Shown: piece by piece, positions 20,047-29,749 of the stretch
Position numbering within the stretch: the stretch's first letter is position 1
How the letters are laid out: every line of letters starts with the position of its first letter
From: a phage
Strand: one strand, 5' to 3'
Length of the DNA: 64,000 nucleotides
Assembly (NCBI GenBank): GCA_037431425.1
Contig: GCA_037431425.1_4129.1
Position numbers and translations under genes: made by a program
The notes under the pieces: generated by a model
Told to the model about the DNA's origin: nothing
The model's database searches: none
The model's input: the letters and a program-made list of their open reading frames with translations, nothing else

Positions 20047-20475
20047 ATGAATATCGAACAAATCATCAGTAATCATTCTTTCTTCGCTCCAGAAACTGGT
20101 CGTGTAATTGAGAATGTCAAAATCGAAGAACTTATGGTGAATGTTAAATATAAAGAGCCAAATGATGAGATTAGCAGCACTTTTTGTGCACTTCGTGCAC
20201 CATTCCGCAATGAAAAAGCAAAAAAACCAGCATATGTTCTTGCAATTGCTTTAGGGTGTGTTGTTAAACTTGCAGTTGATGAAAATATTATTAATATCAA
20301 AGTCGCCCCTACCAATGACGAAGAAAACATTGATTTGAACTTTGATGGTAATCTCGACGAAGATGTATTTTTTCAACAGTCACTTGTTTATGACTTCCGT
20401 ACCGTGACATATTCACATATTAACTTCGTCAATGAAATGGTTGATATTGTAGCCAAATATGAAGAATCTCTATAA
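20047..20475 (+). CDS. CtFQ-family small protein (C-terminal EExFFQxST-type motif)
   Basis: 142 aa; motif DEDVFFQQSLVYDF. Confidence 0.65.
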   Translation: MNIEQIISNHSFFAPETGRVIENVKIEELMVNVKYKEPNDEISSTFCALRAPFRNEKAKKPAYVLAIALGCVVKLAVDENIINIKVAPTNDEENIDLNFDGNLDEDVFFQQSLVYDFRTVTYSHINFVNEMVDIVAKYEESL

Positions 20476-20486
20476 TTAAATCATAA

Positions 20487-20510
20487 AAGCCTCCATGTTG
20501 GAGGCTTTTC
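20487..20510 (+). terminator. intrinsic terminator
   Basis: AAGCCTCCA-tgt-TGGAGGCTT followed by TTCTC. Confidence 0.65.
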
Positions 20511-20532
20511 TCACATAAGGAAATGAAGAAAT

Positions 20533-21084
20533 ATGATTGAACAAATTAATATTCTCACACAACAAATTACCGACTTTCTTTCAGATAAAGAAGGTTTCAA
20601 AACTGAAGTGAAAATGCACGGAGTTAGTCTTGATGTAATTTCACCAGATGGAAATGTTACAAATTATGATATGTACGAATTGTTTCTTTACACTTTAGCA
20701 GTACGTAAACTAGGAAGTGACATTGAACTAAACATTAACACTGATAGTGATGGAAATAAAATTTTTGCAATCAATACAAGTGCTAAGTATGATGTTAGTG
20801 CAGAAATTAAAAAAATTAACGATAGCTTTGTTGGTTTCACCCATGATTCAATTCAAGGTGTTTTTGTAGGTAAACAAACTTCATCAAGTCAATGCCCATT
20901 TTGTATTATGACTTTATATAAAAATGGTGATTGGATGCGACAAGACTTGGTATATGCTGAAATGTTGTATGCATTTACACATGGTCTAGAAATTGAATTA
21001 GATGATAGTGCTTTTTGCTTTAAGAAAATCCGAAAACTCACAAATGATATTCAAAAGCAACTTAAAGAATTAAATGATAAATAA
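20533..21084 (+). CDS. hypothetical protein
   Basis: 183 aa; RBS AAGGAAA. Confidence 0.55.
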   Translation: MIEQINILTQQITDFLSDKEGFKTEVKMHGVSLDVISPDGNVTNYDMYELFLYTLAVRKLGSDIELNINTDSDGNKIFAINTSAKYDVSAEIKKINDSFVGFTHDSIQGVFVGKQTSSSQCPFCIMTLYKNGDWMRQDLVYAEMLYAFTHGLEIELDDSAFCFKKIRKLTNDIQKQLKELNDK

Positions 21085-21196
21085 ATGTACCAGAAGTGGT
21101 TAACATATCATGTTATTTTCCTCCCTTACATAATAATGATGCGTTATTAGATTTTCATTTTATTATTTCTTTTTTGTACAAAATCATATTAGTACT

Positions 21197-21219
21197 GCCC
21201 CGTATATCGGGGCATTTTA
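21197..21219 (+). terminator. intrinsic terminator
   Basis: GCCCCG-tatat-CGGGGC followed by ATTTTATT. Confidence 0.6.
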
Positions 21220-21241
21220 TTATCTAAAATATGGTGATTTT

Positions 21242-21634
21242 ATGAAAAACATTGGCTCTTCTATACAAAAAGACCTTTCATTTTACCTTAATAAATTCAG
21301 AAGTATAAATGGTAATAAATTTAATAGTATCTATCAGTTCACACATAAAGAATATATTACTATTGATCCCTTTTCAAAAAAACTGATGTATGTTAATGAT
21401 AATAATTATAGTGTTAAATTATCATTCGATATTGTGTTAGATAAATTAACATTTACGGAATACACTACCAATAAAACTTCATTTTTACACAAGTATAATA
21501 GAAAGGTATATAATCATATTTCTAGTTATTTAAATGAAGATTATCACTTTCAACAATCTACAATAGAAAAAGTATTATTCAGTACTGAAGAATTAAAAGA
21601 ATTATATTATTGGTATGAGAAATTTACATCTTGA
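21242..21634 (+). CDS. CtFQ-family small protein
   Basis: 130 aa; motif EDYHFQQSTIEKV. Confidence 0.6.
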   Translation: MKNIGSSIQKDLSFYLNKFRSINGNKFNSIYQFTHKEYITIDPFSKKLMYVNDNNYSVKLSFDIVLDKLTFTEYTTNKTSFLHKYNRKVYNHISSYLNEDYHFQQSTIEKVLFSTEELKELYYWYEKFTS

Positions 21635-21689
21635 CATTATGGTGGTTTCATCTTACAATACAAGATAATGATGCGTTGAGGACAAATTC

Positions 21690-22100
21690 ATGAGTATAGA
21701 TTTACACAATGAACTACAATATTTTTTTGATTTGGATATATCACGTTTGAACAGACATGTCAATCATATATCCAGAACTATATGGTGGTCTGATGAGGCT
21801 GATGAACCAAGGATTCAGATTTGTGATAATTTGTCAGTTTTAAGATTGTATGTTCTTGATACCGAAATGAATATTATGATAACATACGTACCACCCACAA
21901 ACAAACTTCTAATCAACACACTAAACCCAGATACAGTACTGAAAATTTTTGATTTGGATACGATACAGTCAAGCGAAACACTATTCCAACGTTCATTGGT
22001 TGATGATCTAGGGGGTATTTCTTTTGACGATATATTAAAATTGAAGAAGATGTATAATGAATTATTAGAGATTAAAAATACCGTTCTAATGGGGATTTAA
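21690..22100 (+). CDS. CtFQ-family small protein
   Basis: 136 aa; motif SETLFQRSLVDDL. Confidence 0.6.
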   Translation: MSIDLHNELQYFFDLDISRLNRHVNHISRTIWWSDEADEPRIQICDNLSVLRLYVLDTEMNIMITYVPPTNKLLINTLNPDTVLKIFDLDTIQSSETLFQRSLVDDLGGISFDDILKLKKMYNELLEIKNTVLMGI

Positions 22101-22101
22101 T

Positions 22102-22506
22102 ATGGTAAGTTTATTAGATATTGATAATACTAGTCTGGTTCTGGTGAAAAAAGGATTAATTCCAAATTCTAACAAGATTGATTATGCTGTTATTGAAACA
22201 AATATTGGGAATATCTGGTACGACTCTGAAAGAGACATTGTGTTTAGCTGTGTAGATAGTGATCGTTCTGAGTGCTGTAGGGTTGGGCATGACGGACAAT
22301 TTATTTTCGAATTTCGTTTCTGGAAAGATTCCAGATTTCACCAGGAGCATGTTTCAATTACAAATGTAAATTGTAATGAAGAATCATTCTTCATGGAAAG
22401 TACTATTAATGATTTTGGCTCAGTTACTTTTGAGTACTATAAAAAAGTATATAACTTGTACAGAGAAGTAATTCGAATCATAAGAACCTCTGAGGGTCAA
22501 GATTAA
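22102..22506 (+). CDS. CtFQ-family small protein
   Basis: 134 aa; motif EESFFMESTINDF. Confidence 0.6.
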   Translation: MVSLLDIDNTSLVLVKKGLIPNSNKIDYAVIETNIGNIWYDSERDIVFSCVDSDRSECCRVGHDGQFIFEFRFWKDSRFHQEHVSITNVNCNEESFFMESTINDFGSVTFEYYKKVYNLYREVIRIIRTSEGQD

Positions 22507-22507
22507 T

Positions 22508-22885
22508 ATGACTACTACCATATATAATATTTTAGGTAACTTGAATAAAAACATAGATAATGATTTTGTTATAGTTGAAAACACTAAAAATATAATTCAT
22601 CTACCATTGGGTACACCAGATAGGTTAATTTTTAACATATACGCTAACACACTGACATACATACACGATGGTATGGTTATCGTTGTGCTTGATATTAAAG
22701 AAAATACAATACGATATGCATATGACTTTAACGTTTATTGGTCAAGAACTCATTGTATTGATATTGAGGAAGATGAACTTTTTCAATTATCGTTAATTGA
22801 GAAAAATGTAATAGGAGTTACCGAGATTGGTATTGTTAAAAAAGCTTTGGAATATGCAAATAAAAAAATAAATGGCGAACTATGA
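22508..22885 (+). CDS. CtFQ-family small protein
   Basis: 125 aa; motif EDELFQLSLIEKN. Confidence 0.6.
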   Translation: MTTTIYNILGNLNKNIDNDFVIVENTKNIIHLPLGTPDRLIFNIYANTLTYIHDGMVIVVLDIKENTIRYAYDFNVYWSRTHCIDIEEDELFQLSLIEKNVIGVTEIGIVKKALEYANKKINGEL

Positions 22886-23346
22886 TGAACATTGAGGAAA
22901 TAAAAAATCATTTTGAAATTGCATTGTCTTGTGATTTTGATAGTTGTTATGTTACTGAACCAGAAGATATAATTAGAATTTCCACATCGTTTTCAGAAGA
23001 ATACAATATACTCATTGAGAAATCATATGACAGAACCGAACTCTCATTTTACAATAAGGATTTACGAACAACATCATTTATATTATTATATAACACAACA
23101 TCGGATATAATAGAGATTATAACAAGTAAAACAGGTAAAACAAGTAAAGATGTACATTATGAGACTATACCAAATGTAAGTTATTGTTCAACAGAAGAAG
23201 GATACTTCCAGGAATCACTTATTAAAAATTTATCAGTTAGCTATTCTGATTTAAGCATTATAGTCAATTATGTGGAAAAGTTAAATGATTTCGTTCTATC
23301 GATGTTTGATATCACTGAGCAAAAACCAAAGGAAATCAAATGTTAA
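22882..23346 (+). CDS. CtFQ-family small protein
   Basis: 154 aa; motif EEGYFQESLIKNL. Confidence 0.6.
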   Translation: MMNIEEIKNHFEIALSCDFDSCYVTEPEDIIRISTSFSEEYNILIEKSYDRTELSFYNKDLRTTSFILLYNTTSDIIEIITSKTGKTSKDVHYETIPNVSYCSTEEGYFQESLIKNLSVSYSDLSIIVNYVEKLNDFVLSMFDITEQKPKEIKC

Positions 23347-23795
23347 ATCCTGGACATTTTTTTCATTTACTGGACATTACACCTATACCCGATTTAATCA
23401 GCGAGACTAATCATTATCGTGATATTGGAATTGTATCAATGGAATATGATTCACCTGACTTTAAATGTTACGTAACATACGATCAGGTGGCTTATGAGTC
23501 AGAGCCTGCGATTAAAAAACCATCATATATTTTTGTGTTCATATATAATGATTATAGTGGTGATGTACTGAATGATGTTCATATTGACACATTTGAAATA
23601 TGTGGTAATATTATATCAGATGATTCAGCATCCACATTTGATTTGGAATTAAACAGTACTGAAGAGTCACTTTTTCAGTTGAGTACTATATGTGATACTA
23701 TATTAACTCTAGATGACATTGAGAAATTTAAAGAACAGCTTGACGCAGTTCGTGAGATGTTCTATAATCATTATCCAGAAGTAGAGTTCAATTAA
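23340..23795 (+). CDS. CtFQ-family small protein
   Basis: 151 aa; motif EESLFQLSTICDT; KKPSYIFVF segment shared with 20047 member (KKPAYVLAI). Confidence 0.6.
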   Translation: MLNPGHFFHLLDITPIPDLISETNHYRDIGIVSMEYDSPDFKCYVTYDQVAYESEPAIKKPSYIFVFIYNDYSGDVLNDVHIDTFEICGNIISDDSASTFDLELNSTEESLFQLSTICDTILTLDDIEKFKEQLDAVREMFYNHYPEVEFN

Positions 23796-23809
23796 CTAAA
23801 GGTAATAAG

Positions 23810-24070
23810 ATGACTAAAGTAGTTCGTAAACGCCACATGATGAATATGGATGAATTTCGTACATTTGACAAATATCGTACTATGTTTCGTATGCTGTCAC
23901 AGGGTCGCCCAATCGTCATTGTAACAGAGAATTACATGTCACCTGAGATTATGTTTGGTAATTACGAAAAGGTCTTCATGTTGTACGTGAAGCGTGGATT
24001 GCTTACAATCAAGACATTAGCTGAAGCAACTGATGATGATATGGATGGAGATAATACCTTTACCATGTGA
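23810..24070 (+). CDS. hypothetical protein
   Basis: 86 aa ORF. Confidence 0.5.
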   Translation: MTKVVRKRHMMNMDEFRTFDKYRTMFRMLSQGRPIVIVTENYMSPEIMFGNYEKVFMLYVKRGLLTIKTLAEATDDDMDGDNTFTM

Positions 24071-24148
24071 GGAAATATATGTCTGAAAAACCAAAAGAAC
24101 CTTTAGATCGTGATGATGATTTTTATGACGAACGATATGGAGATGATA

Positions 24149-24400
24149 ATGAGTGAACATAGTGCGGTGCTTAAAAAGATTTTAAAGGAAATTGATGGTG
24201 AGTTTAATGTCACAGAAGAAGAATATCAGCATTGGAAGAAAGATTTCGAACAACTAACCGAGTATGATAAAGTGTTCAATATGATTGGCGTAATTAGCCA
24301 GTACTTACTTGGTGGAGGACGTGCAAGTGCTTCAATTCTGGCATCTGCAATCATCTGTACATCACGATGGTGTGATGAAAAAAGTTTGGAAGATTTCTAA
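24149..24400 (+). CDS. hypothetical protein
   Basis: ATG 24149 after GGAG RBS; track ORF from 24110 is Met-rich and probably over-extended. Confidence 0.45.
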   Translation: MSEHSAVLKKILKEIDGEFNVTEEEYQHWKKDFEQLTEYDKVFNMIGVISQYLLGGGRASASILASAIICTSRWCDEKSLEDF

Positions 24401-24452
24401 ATAAGATGCTATAATATATCAGAGTTCCTTAACAATATAAAAAGGATTTTAT

Positions 24453-26333
24453 ATGAAACCTATCCGAGTACTATCTCTTTTTAATGGGATGAGTGTAGGA
24501 TACATGGCATTAAAAGATGCTGGTATCCCTGTTGAAAAATATTATTCATCCGAAATTGACAAATTTGCTATAGCTGAATCCCAAGCTAACTTCCCCGATA
24601 TCATCCAATTGGGTGATGTAACTAGATGGAGAGAATGGGATATTGAATGGGATAAGATAGATCTACTGATGGGTGGTTTTCCATGCTTCCCAGCAGGAAC
24701 TATGATAATGACAAATAAAGGTCATAAAGATATAAAAGATATAAAAATTGGTGATATGGTTCTTACACACACTGGACAGTACCAAAAAGTATTGAGTACT
24801 GGTGTTAAAAAGGCTCCCACTCGTATTATTACAGGTCAAGGTCACCTTCCAATTGAATGTACCGATAATCATCCATTTTGGAGTAGGGAACGTCTAGCCA
24901 ATAAATGGAATAATCAACACCGAAGATATGATTCTGTGTTTTCTGAACCGCAATGGGTAAATGCTATAGATCTTACTAAACAAAGTTATATTTGTAATGT
25001 TAAAAATATTACACATAATACAGTAAGTGATAAAGATGAAAAATATTGGTATTTTGTTGGTCGTTTTATGGGTGATGGATGTGCTAGTGTATCTAATAAC
25101 AAATACAGTATTACTATTGTAGATTCATTAGATAAAGTTGATGAATTGAAAAAATGTTTTGATGATTTTGGATACAAATACACATTAGCTATTAAAGATA
25201 ATCATGTAAGATGTGATATATATAGCAAAAAGCTTTATGATGAATTAATATGTATTGGGCATAAATCACAAAACAAATGTTTACCACCTGAAATATTCAA
25301 TGAAACTATCAATAACAAAGAAGCATTTATTAAAGGATACATGGATGCAGATGGTTGTGAGGATAAACACAATAAAAAATACAAATTTACCACCACAAGT
25401 TATAAAATAGTTCTTGGTATGCAACAGTTAATCTTAGATACTTATCAACGTCATTGTACTATTAGTCAAACTGTTCCAAAAACAAAAAAATATATAAAAA
25501 ATAAGTTGGTTAATCAGCTTCCGTATTGGAATGTTCATTTTAGCTATAATAAAATTAAAAGAGATGATGTAATATATGATGAAATTTATATATGGAATCG
25601 TGGTGTAAAAAGTAATGTACCAACCGGAGAATGGAAAACCGTTTACAATATTGAAGTTGCAGTAGATAACACATATACAGCGAACAATATTGTAGTTCAT
25701 AACTGCCAAGCGTGGTCAGTTGCAGGTAAACAGGGTGGAATAAATGATCCTCGTGGTATGTTATTCCATACAATGGTTGATATTTACCAGCACATAAAAA
25801 GTCTCAATCCAGACTTGAAAGTACTGTTCGAGAATGTTAAAATGAAAGAAGATTTCAAGCAATACATTAATAGTGTTCTTGAGATGACACCAGTACTGAT
25901 AAATTCCCAGCATTATACGCCTCACTTCAGGCAGAGATATTACTGGTACAGTACTGATAAACTTTTTATACCACCTGCATTATCAAATGCACCTAAACTT
26001 CAAGATATTATTGAAGATGGTTGGTACACTGACAGAACCGCTTCGTACTGTATAGATGCTAACTATTTTAAGGGTGGGGATTGTAACCAGTACTTTAATA
26101 AATCAAGAAGACAAATTGTTTTCAAAGAACCTGATATCGATAGGGATTTCCTTCTTGAACATGGTAAGCGAAATGTGGACTATCGTCATTTAACAGTGCA
26201 AGAGTGTTGCATGTTGCAAGGAATTGATGTAAACTACTTCAAAGTTAGTAGTTCAACACAAGCATACAAAATGCTTGGGAATGGATGGACTATGCCAGTT
26301 ATATCACACTTACTACGAGATATATTCTTTTGA
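24453..26333 (+). CDS. DNA (cytosine-5)-methyltransferase precursor containing an intein
   Basis: 626 aa; motif I SLFNGMSVG; motif IV GGFP|CQAWSVAG split by 340-aa insertion; ENV motif (LFENV) in C-extein; extein about 286 aa. Confidence 0.8.
   Translation: MKPIRVLSLFNGMSVGYMALKDAGIPVEKYYSSEIDKFAIAESQANFPDIIQLGDVTRWREWDIEWDKIDLLMGGFPCFPAGTMIMTNKGHKDIKDIKIGDMVLTHTGQYQKVLSTGVKKAPTRIITGQGHLPIECTDNHPFWSRERLANKWNNQHRRYDSVFSEPQWVNAIDLTKQSYICNVKNITHNTVSDKDEKYWYFVGRFMGDGCASVSNNKYSITIVDSLDKVDELKKCFDDFGYKYTLAIKDNHVRCDIYSKKLYDELICIGHKSQNKCLPPEIFNETINNKEAFIKGYMDADGCEDKHNKKYKFTTTSYKIVLGMQQLILDTYQRHCTISQTVPKTKKYIKNKLVNQLPYWNVHFSYNKIKRDDVIYDEIYIWNRGVKSNVPTGEWKTVYNIEVAVDNTYTANNIVVHNCQAWSVAGKQGGINDPRGMLFHTMVDIYQHIKSLNPDLKVLFENVKMKEDFKQYINSVLEMTPVLINSQHYTPHFRQRYYWYSTDKLFIPPALSNAPKLQDIIEDGWYTDRTASYCIDANYFKGGDCNQYFNKSRRQIVFKEPDIDRDFLLEHGKRNVDYRHLTVQECCMLQGIDVNYFKVSSSTQAYKMLGNGWTMPVISHLLRDIFF
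24684..25703 (+). mobile_element. intein with LAGLIDADG homing-endonuclease domain
   Basis: starts CFPAGTMIMT (block A), TDNHPFW (block B TxxH), two LAGLIDADG-like motifs (FVGRFMGDGCAS, FIKGYMDADGCE), ends VVHN followed by Cys +1. Confidence 0.8.
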
Positions 26334-26815
26334 ACATAAACAAACACCAAACTTATATAAAACGTGCAGAAAGTTTCAAACGGCTGGCTGTAAAATCTGA
26401 ATTAGAATTTAATTTGTATTATCCTAATATTGGTGATGAGGTATTTTATTGCTCACATTCAAAGAATGGAACTTTACTTAAATCGGGTAAAGGAACTATT
26501 GTTGATATGACCGCAAATTTCAGAGGTAAACTTAATGTAATGTACAAAGTGCAAGATTCAAGTACTGAGTGTATTCATGAAGTGATGCATAACATACCTG
26601 CATATCCAAAAGATTTTGTTCAGCTAATATCTCGAAGGGAGAAACCTATGTTCTATTGTGGTTACGACAAATTAACCAAACAAATTATTCCTAATACTAT
26701 GGGAAAATTTAAAAGTGATGTAAAATCTGAATTAGAAAAGAAATTTGGTACATCATGGGAAACTGAAAACGAGTTTATCGAAATTCGTTTAATTGAAGTT
26801 ACTATTATTGATTAA
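26285..26815 (+). CDS. hypothetical protein
   Basis: 176 aa ORF; 5' end overlaps methyltransferase gene, true start unclear. Confidence 0.45.
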   Translation: MDYASYITLTTRYILLNINKHQTYIKRAESFKRLAVKSELEFNLYYPNIGDEVFYCSHSKNGTLLKSGKGTIVDMTANFRGKLNVMYKVQDSSTECIHEVMHNIPAYPKDFVQLISRREKPMFYCGYDKLTKQIIPNTMGKFKSDVKSELEKKFGTSWETENEFIEIRLIEVTIID

Positions 26816-26821
26816 TTATAA

Positions 26822-26846
26822 ATCCACGCAATGCGTGGATTTTTTC
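26822..26846 (+). terminator. intrinsic terminator
   Basis: ATCCACG-caatg-CGTGGAT followed by TTTTTC. Confidence 0.7.
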
Positions 26847-26858
26847 ATAGGTGTATAT

Positions 26859-27374
26859 ATGTCAATTCATTATGTTAAAATTATTAACAATATTCTTGAT
26901 TCTTGGGAAGATGTCATTATTGGCAAAAAGAAGCCTTTTCCAGTTCATGCACTAACTGGAAGACTACAATTCAGAATGTCAAACAAAACTGAAACGTTTA
27001 ATAATCATGATATTTGTATTACATTAAAAACACCTGTTAGTATTGTAATTAAAAAAAATAAAGATGATGAATTGTCATTATCTATTGGTCGTGATAAAAT
27101 TATTTTAAGTAATTTGTCTGAAGAAGAATTCTTTCAAAGAAGTACTATCATCGACATGAAAGATTTCACATATGAATCATTAGTAGAACTCAATACACGC
27201 TTTGATGATATTCAGGAACGATTGCGACCAATCCTTCGTAGAGAAGAAGAAGCCTGGATTGAAAGTATGAATAAGATGCAAGAAATGTTAAAAGAAAATA
27301 TTAACAATCTGGGTAAAGCCACAATGGAAATTGGTAAAACTTTAAAACTCAACTTTTCAAAGGATCGTAAATGA
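26859..27374 (+). CDS. CtFQ-family small protein
   Basis: motif EEEFFQRSTIIDM; ATG 26859 chosen because track start 26793 overlaps the terminator. Confidence 0.6.
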   Translation: MSIHYVKIINNILDSWEDVIIGKKKPFPVHALTGRLQFRMSNKTETFNNHDICITLKTPVSIVIKKNKDDELSLSIGRDKIILSNLSEEEFFQRSTIIDMKDFTYESLVELNTRFDDIQERLRPILRREEEAWIESMNKMQEMLKENINNLGKATMEIGKTLKLNFSKDRK

Positions 27375-27823
27375 AAATCGATGAACTGATTTATATTTTA
27401 GGTAACTTGCACAAAATATTGTTACATCGTAACGAGATGAATAAACTAGGATATAATATAACTAATATAAATGAAACATCATTTAAATATAATTCAATCA
27501 CTGGTGTAAATTATAATATTGTGTATTGTCATGAAACTGACCCAGACTGCTATCAACTTACGTTATACTTTTATCCAACAAACCCTGCCATTGTTCAAGA
27601 CATATCATCAATATCACTTGACCCAGATGGTGAAATGAGTATAGAATATAGCTATGATTCTAAAAAAGAATGTTACGTTGAAGATATGAAAAATATGTTT
27701 AACGATGCATATGTGTTCCAGCTAAGTACTGTACATGATGTTGGAAGTACTAATGGGCAATTTTGGAATACATGCTATTATCATATGATTGGAATTTGTA
27801 AATTACTAAAAGGCGATGATTAA
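27371..27823 (+). CDS. CtFQ-family small protein
   Basis: 150 aa; motif NDAYVFQLSTVHDV. Confidence 0.55.
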   Translation: MKIDELIYILGNLHKILLHRNEMNKLGYNITNINETSFKYNSITGVNYNIVYCHETDPDCYQLTLYFYPTNPAIVQDISSISLDPDGEMSIEYSYDSKKECYVEDMKNMFNDAYVFQLSTVHDVGSTNGQFWNTCYYHMIGICKLLKGDD

Positions 27824-28206
27824 TGAAATACAGCATTGAAGTACATTACACTACTGGTGATACTGAAAATCAATATAACATAGTTAAGACCGTTGATATT
27901 CAATGGGATACTAAAGAGGAAGCAGTTGCTGCTTTACAGTGCTTAAAAGAGCATTGGGTGTTTTATATGAAGCAAGATAATTGCTATACAAAAGAACACG
28001 AAACTATCGTTAAAAATGCTAAACAAAAAGAGTGGTTTGACCCAATTTCACCAGAATATTCATTTTTGGTTAAAGTTGGAGGCGTGACAGTTCCCTTACG
28101 AACACCGTGGAACGGCTACTTTGAAACTCTTCATAATGCACGAGTTGTCGCAGTTGACAATCCTGAACAAATCGATTTTGATTCATTGGACTGGAAAAAA
28201 TTATGA
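27823..28206 (+). CDS. hypothetical protein
   Basis: 127 aa ORF. Confidence 0.55.
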   Translation: MKYSIEVHYTTGDTENQYNIVKTVDIQWDTKEEAVAALQCLKEHWVFYMKQDNCYTKEHETIVKNAKQKEWFDPISPEYSFLVKVGGVTVPLRTPWNGYFETLHNARVVAVDNPEQIDFDSLDWKKL

Positions 28207-28646
28207 CAGTACTGCACAGATTGAAGAAGGTTAAGCATCCAGTTGTATATGAGGACTGGAAACGACAAAAGTTACTGGGTGATTTTTATTACCCAAAATC
28301 TAAAGTTCTTGCGAATTCAAGATGTACATATATCAAACATAACGATAAAGATACAGTATTTGTTGAAATGGGGTTCAATCCATCAAATACAATGTTCAGT
28401 ACTAACCAAACATTTTACAAATTTCATATCAAAAAAGATGTATTTTCTATTAAAATTATAAAACATTTAGTTGAAGATCTGGTATACAGTGAAGAAAGAG
28501 TTCCTTTATCATTAGTGGATATTCCTTATAATAATTTAGAGGAAATGTACTTCCAACAGTTGACAGTACAAGAAAACTTTGGTATGATAGGACTTCAAGA
28601 GTTAGAGATGATTAAGCAAATTCGTGATATCTACTTTAAGGAGTAA
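28203..28646 (+). CDS. CtFQ-family small protein
   Basis: 147 aa; motif LEEMYFQQLTVQEN. Confidence 0.55.
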   Translation: MTVLHRLKKVKHPVVYEDWKRQKLLGDFYYPKSKVLANSRCTYIKHNDKDTVFVEMGFNPSNTMFSTNQTFYKFHIKKDVFSIKIIKHLVEDLVYSEERVPLSLVDIPYNNLEEMYFQQLTVQENFGMIGLQELEMIKQIRDIYFKE

Positions 28647-28648
28647 CT

Positions 28649-28792
28649 ATGCCAGTACGTAACAGTACTTCACGCTTTACGCTTCAACAGAAAGCAGATC
28701 TTTTGAATATGGCAAATAAAGATTCTAATTATTACTATCTAGTACTCGGTGGTTCAGTTGAAAAGATTGACCTACGTGAGTGTGTGAAATAA
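28649..28792 (+). CDS. small hypothetical protein (47 aa)
   Basis: not in track; ATG 3 nt after upstream stop. Confidence 0.35.
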   Translation: MPVRNSTSRFTLQQKADLLNMANKDSNYYYLVLGGSVEKIDLRECVK

Positions 28793-28805
28793 CAAAGGGG
28801 ATAAA

Positions 28806-28976
28806 ATGAGCCTACGTGAATCATGGGAACAATTTAAAGAAGAGATTGGTTATCGTGGTGTTAAGATTGAACAAATCAATCGAACCGAAAGTATCAAAGC
28901 AAGTTCTAATGGTACTACATATGATCGTTATGATGAAAAGTATGGTTTACATTCTAAATCAAAGGATACTGAGTAA
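28806..28976 (+). CDS. small hypothetical protein (56 aa)
   Basis: not in track; RBS AAGGGGA. Confidence 0.4.
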   Translation: MSLRESWEQFKEEIGYRGVKIEQINRTESIKASSNGTTYDRYDEKYGLHSKSKDTE

Positions 28977-29119
28977 TGGTGTATATTAATATTTTTACTG
29001 GTATTATGCGTAAGTTTGTTAATGGTATTGGATATGTATCCAATGATAATGGTAGTACATGGGTAAAAAATAATACGCCCGAATCTTTAGTGAAAAATCT
29101 TCCGTATTATAAAGCTTGA
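28976..29119 (+). CDS. small hypothetical protein (47 aa)
   Basis: not in track; start overlaps upstream stop (TAATG). Confidence 0.35.
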   Translation: MVYINIFTGIMRKFVNGIGYVSNDNGSTWVKNNTPESLVKNLPYYKA

Positions 29120-29144
29120 CCCCTGAAAATGGAGTATGTATAAT
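29116..29144 (+). promoter_or_regulatory. sigma70-type promoter (TTGACC-17-TATAAT)
   Basis: near-consensus hexamers upstream of 29177 gene. Confidence 0.65.
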
Positions 29145-29176
29145 ACTCCTATATTAATTAAATGAGGATATACGAA

Positions 29177-29749
29177 ATGGCTGGTGTTGATAAAATTTGT
29201 GAATTCAGTGGTGATTATGAAGGTTACGAAATGTACAAGTCCAAGCGTAATCACATTCAAGTACTATCAAAATATCGAAAACATTTTCGTGGACATAAAG
29301 CAACATTGTATGTTTTTGAGAATGGATATTCTGAAGTTTTCACAAGTGGTGGGTACAGTACAGCTAACATGGCACATATCAACCCAAACCCAACTGAAGA
29401 TGATTGGAATAGTGGTAATGCTTTTCGTATTTCAATTTTGAATAAAATGAATCGATACGACCGTTATTGTACATTCTTTGAAAATATTTCAGAATACAAG
29501 CAAGCATTAAAGAAATATAATCAACGCTTACTAATGAATTATGATTACATTCTTCATGTACCTACTGTTCCAGGTCAGGTTAATGGTCTGTACACGAACA
29601 GTACACACGATTTAACTGCGGTGAAGCGTCGTCTTAAACGTATGTTGGGTCATGGAAAACTAACTATCAAGATTATGCGTAATGAATCTATGTATAACTT
29701 TTTAAATGTTCTTCATTACACATTAAAGGATAAAAATGGAAGCGATTAA
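29177..29749 (+). CDS. hypothetical protein
   Basis: ATG 29177 after GAGGA RBS; track start 29162. Confidence 0.55.
   Translation: MAGVDKICEFSGDYEGYEMYKSKRNHIQVLSKYRKHFRGHKATLYVFENGYSEVFTSGGYSTANMAHINPNPTEDDWNSGNAFRISILNKMNRYDRYCTFFENISEYKQALKKYNQRLLMNYDYILHVPTVPGQVNGLYTNSTHDLTAVKRRLKRMLGHGKLTIKIMRNESMYNFLNVLHYTLKDKNGSD

Noticed and set aside
26793-26858. N-terminal extension of the track ORF 26793-27374
   Set aside because: Extension runs through the intrinsic terminator hairpin at 26822-26846; downstream ATG 26859 preferred
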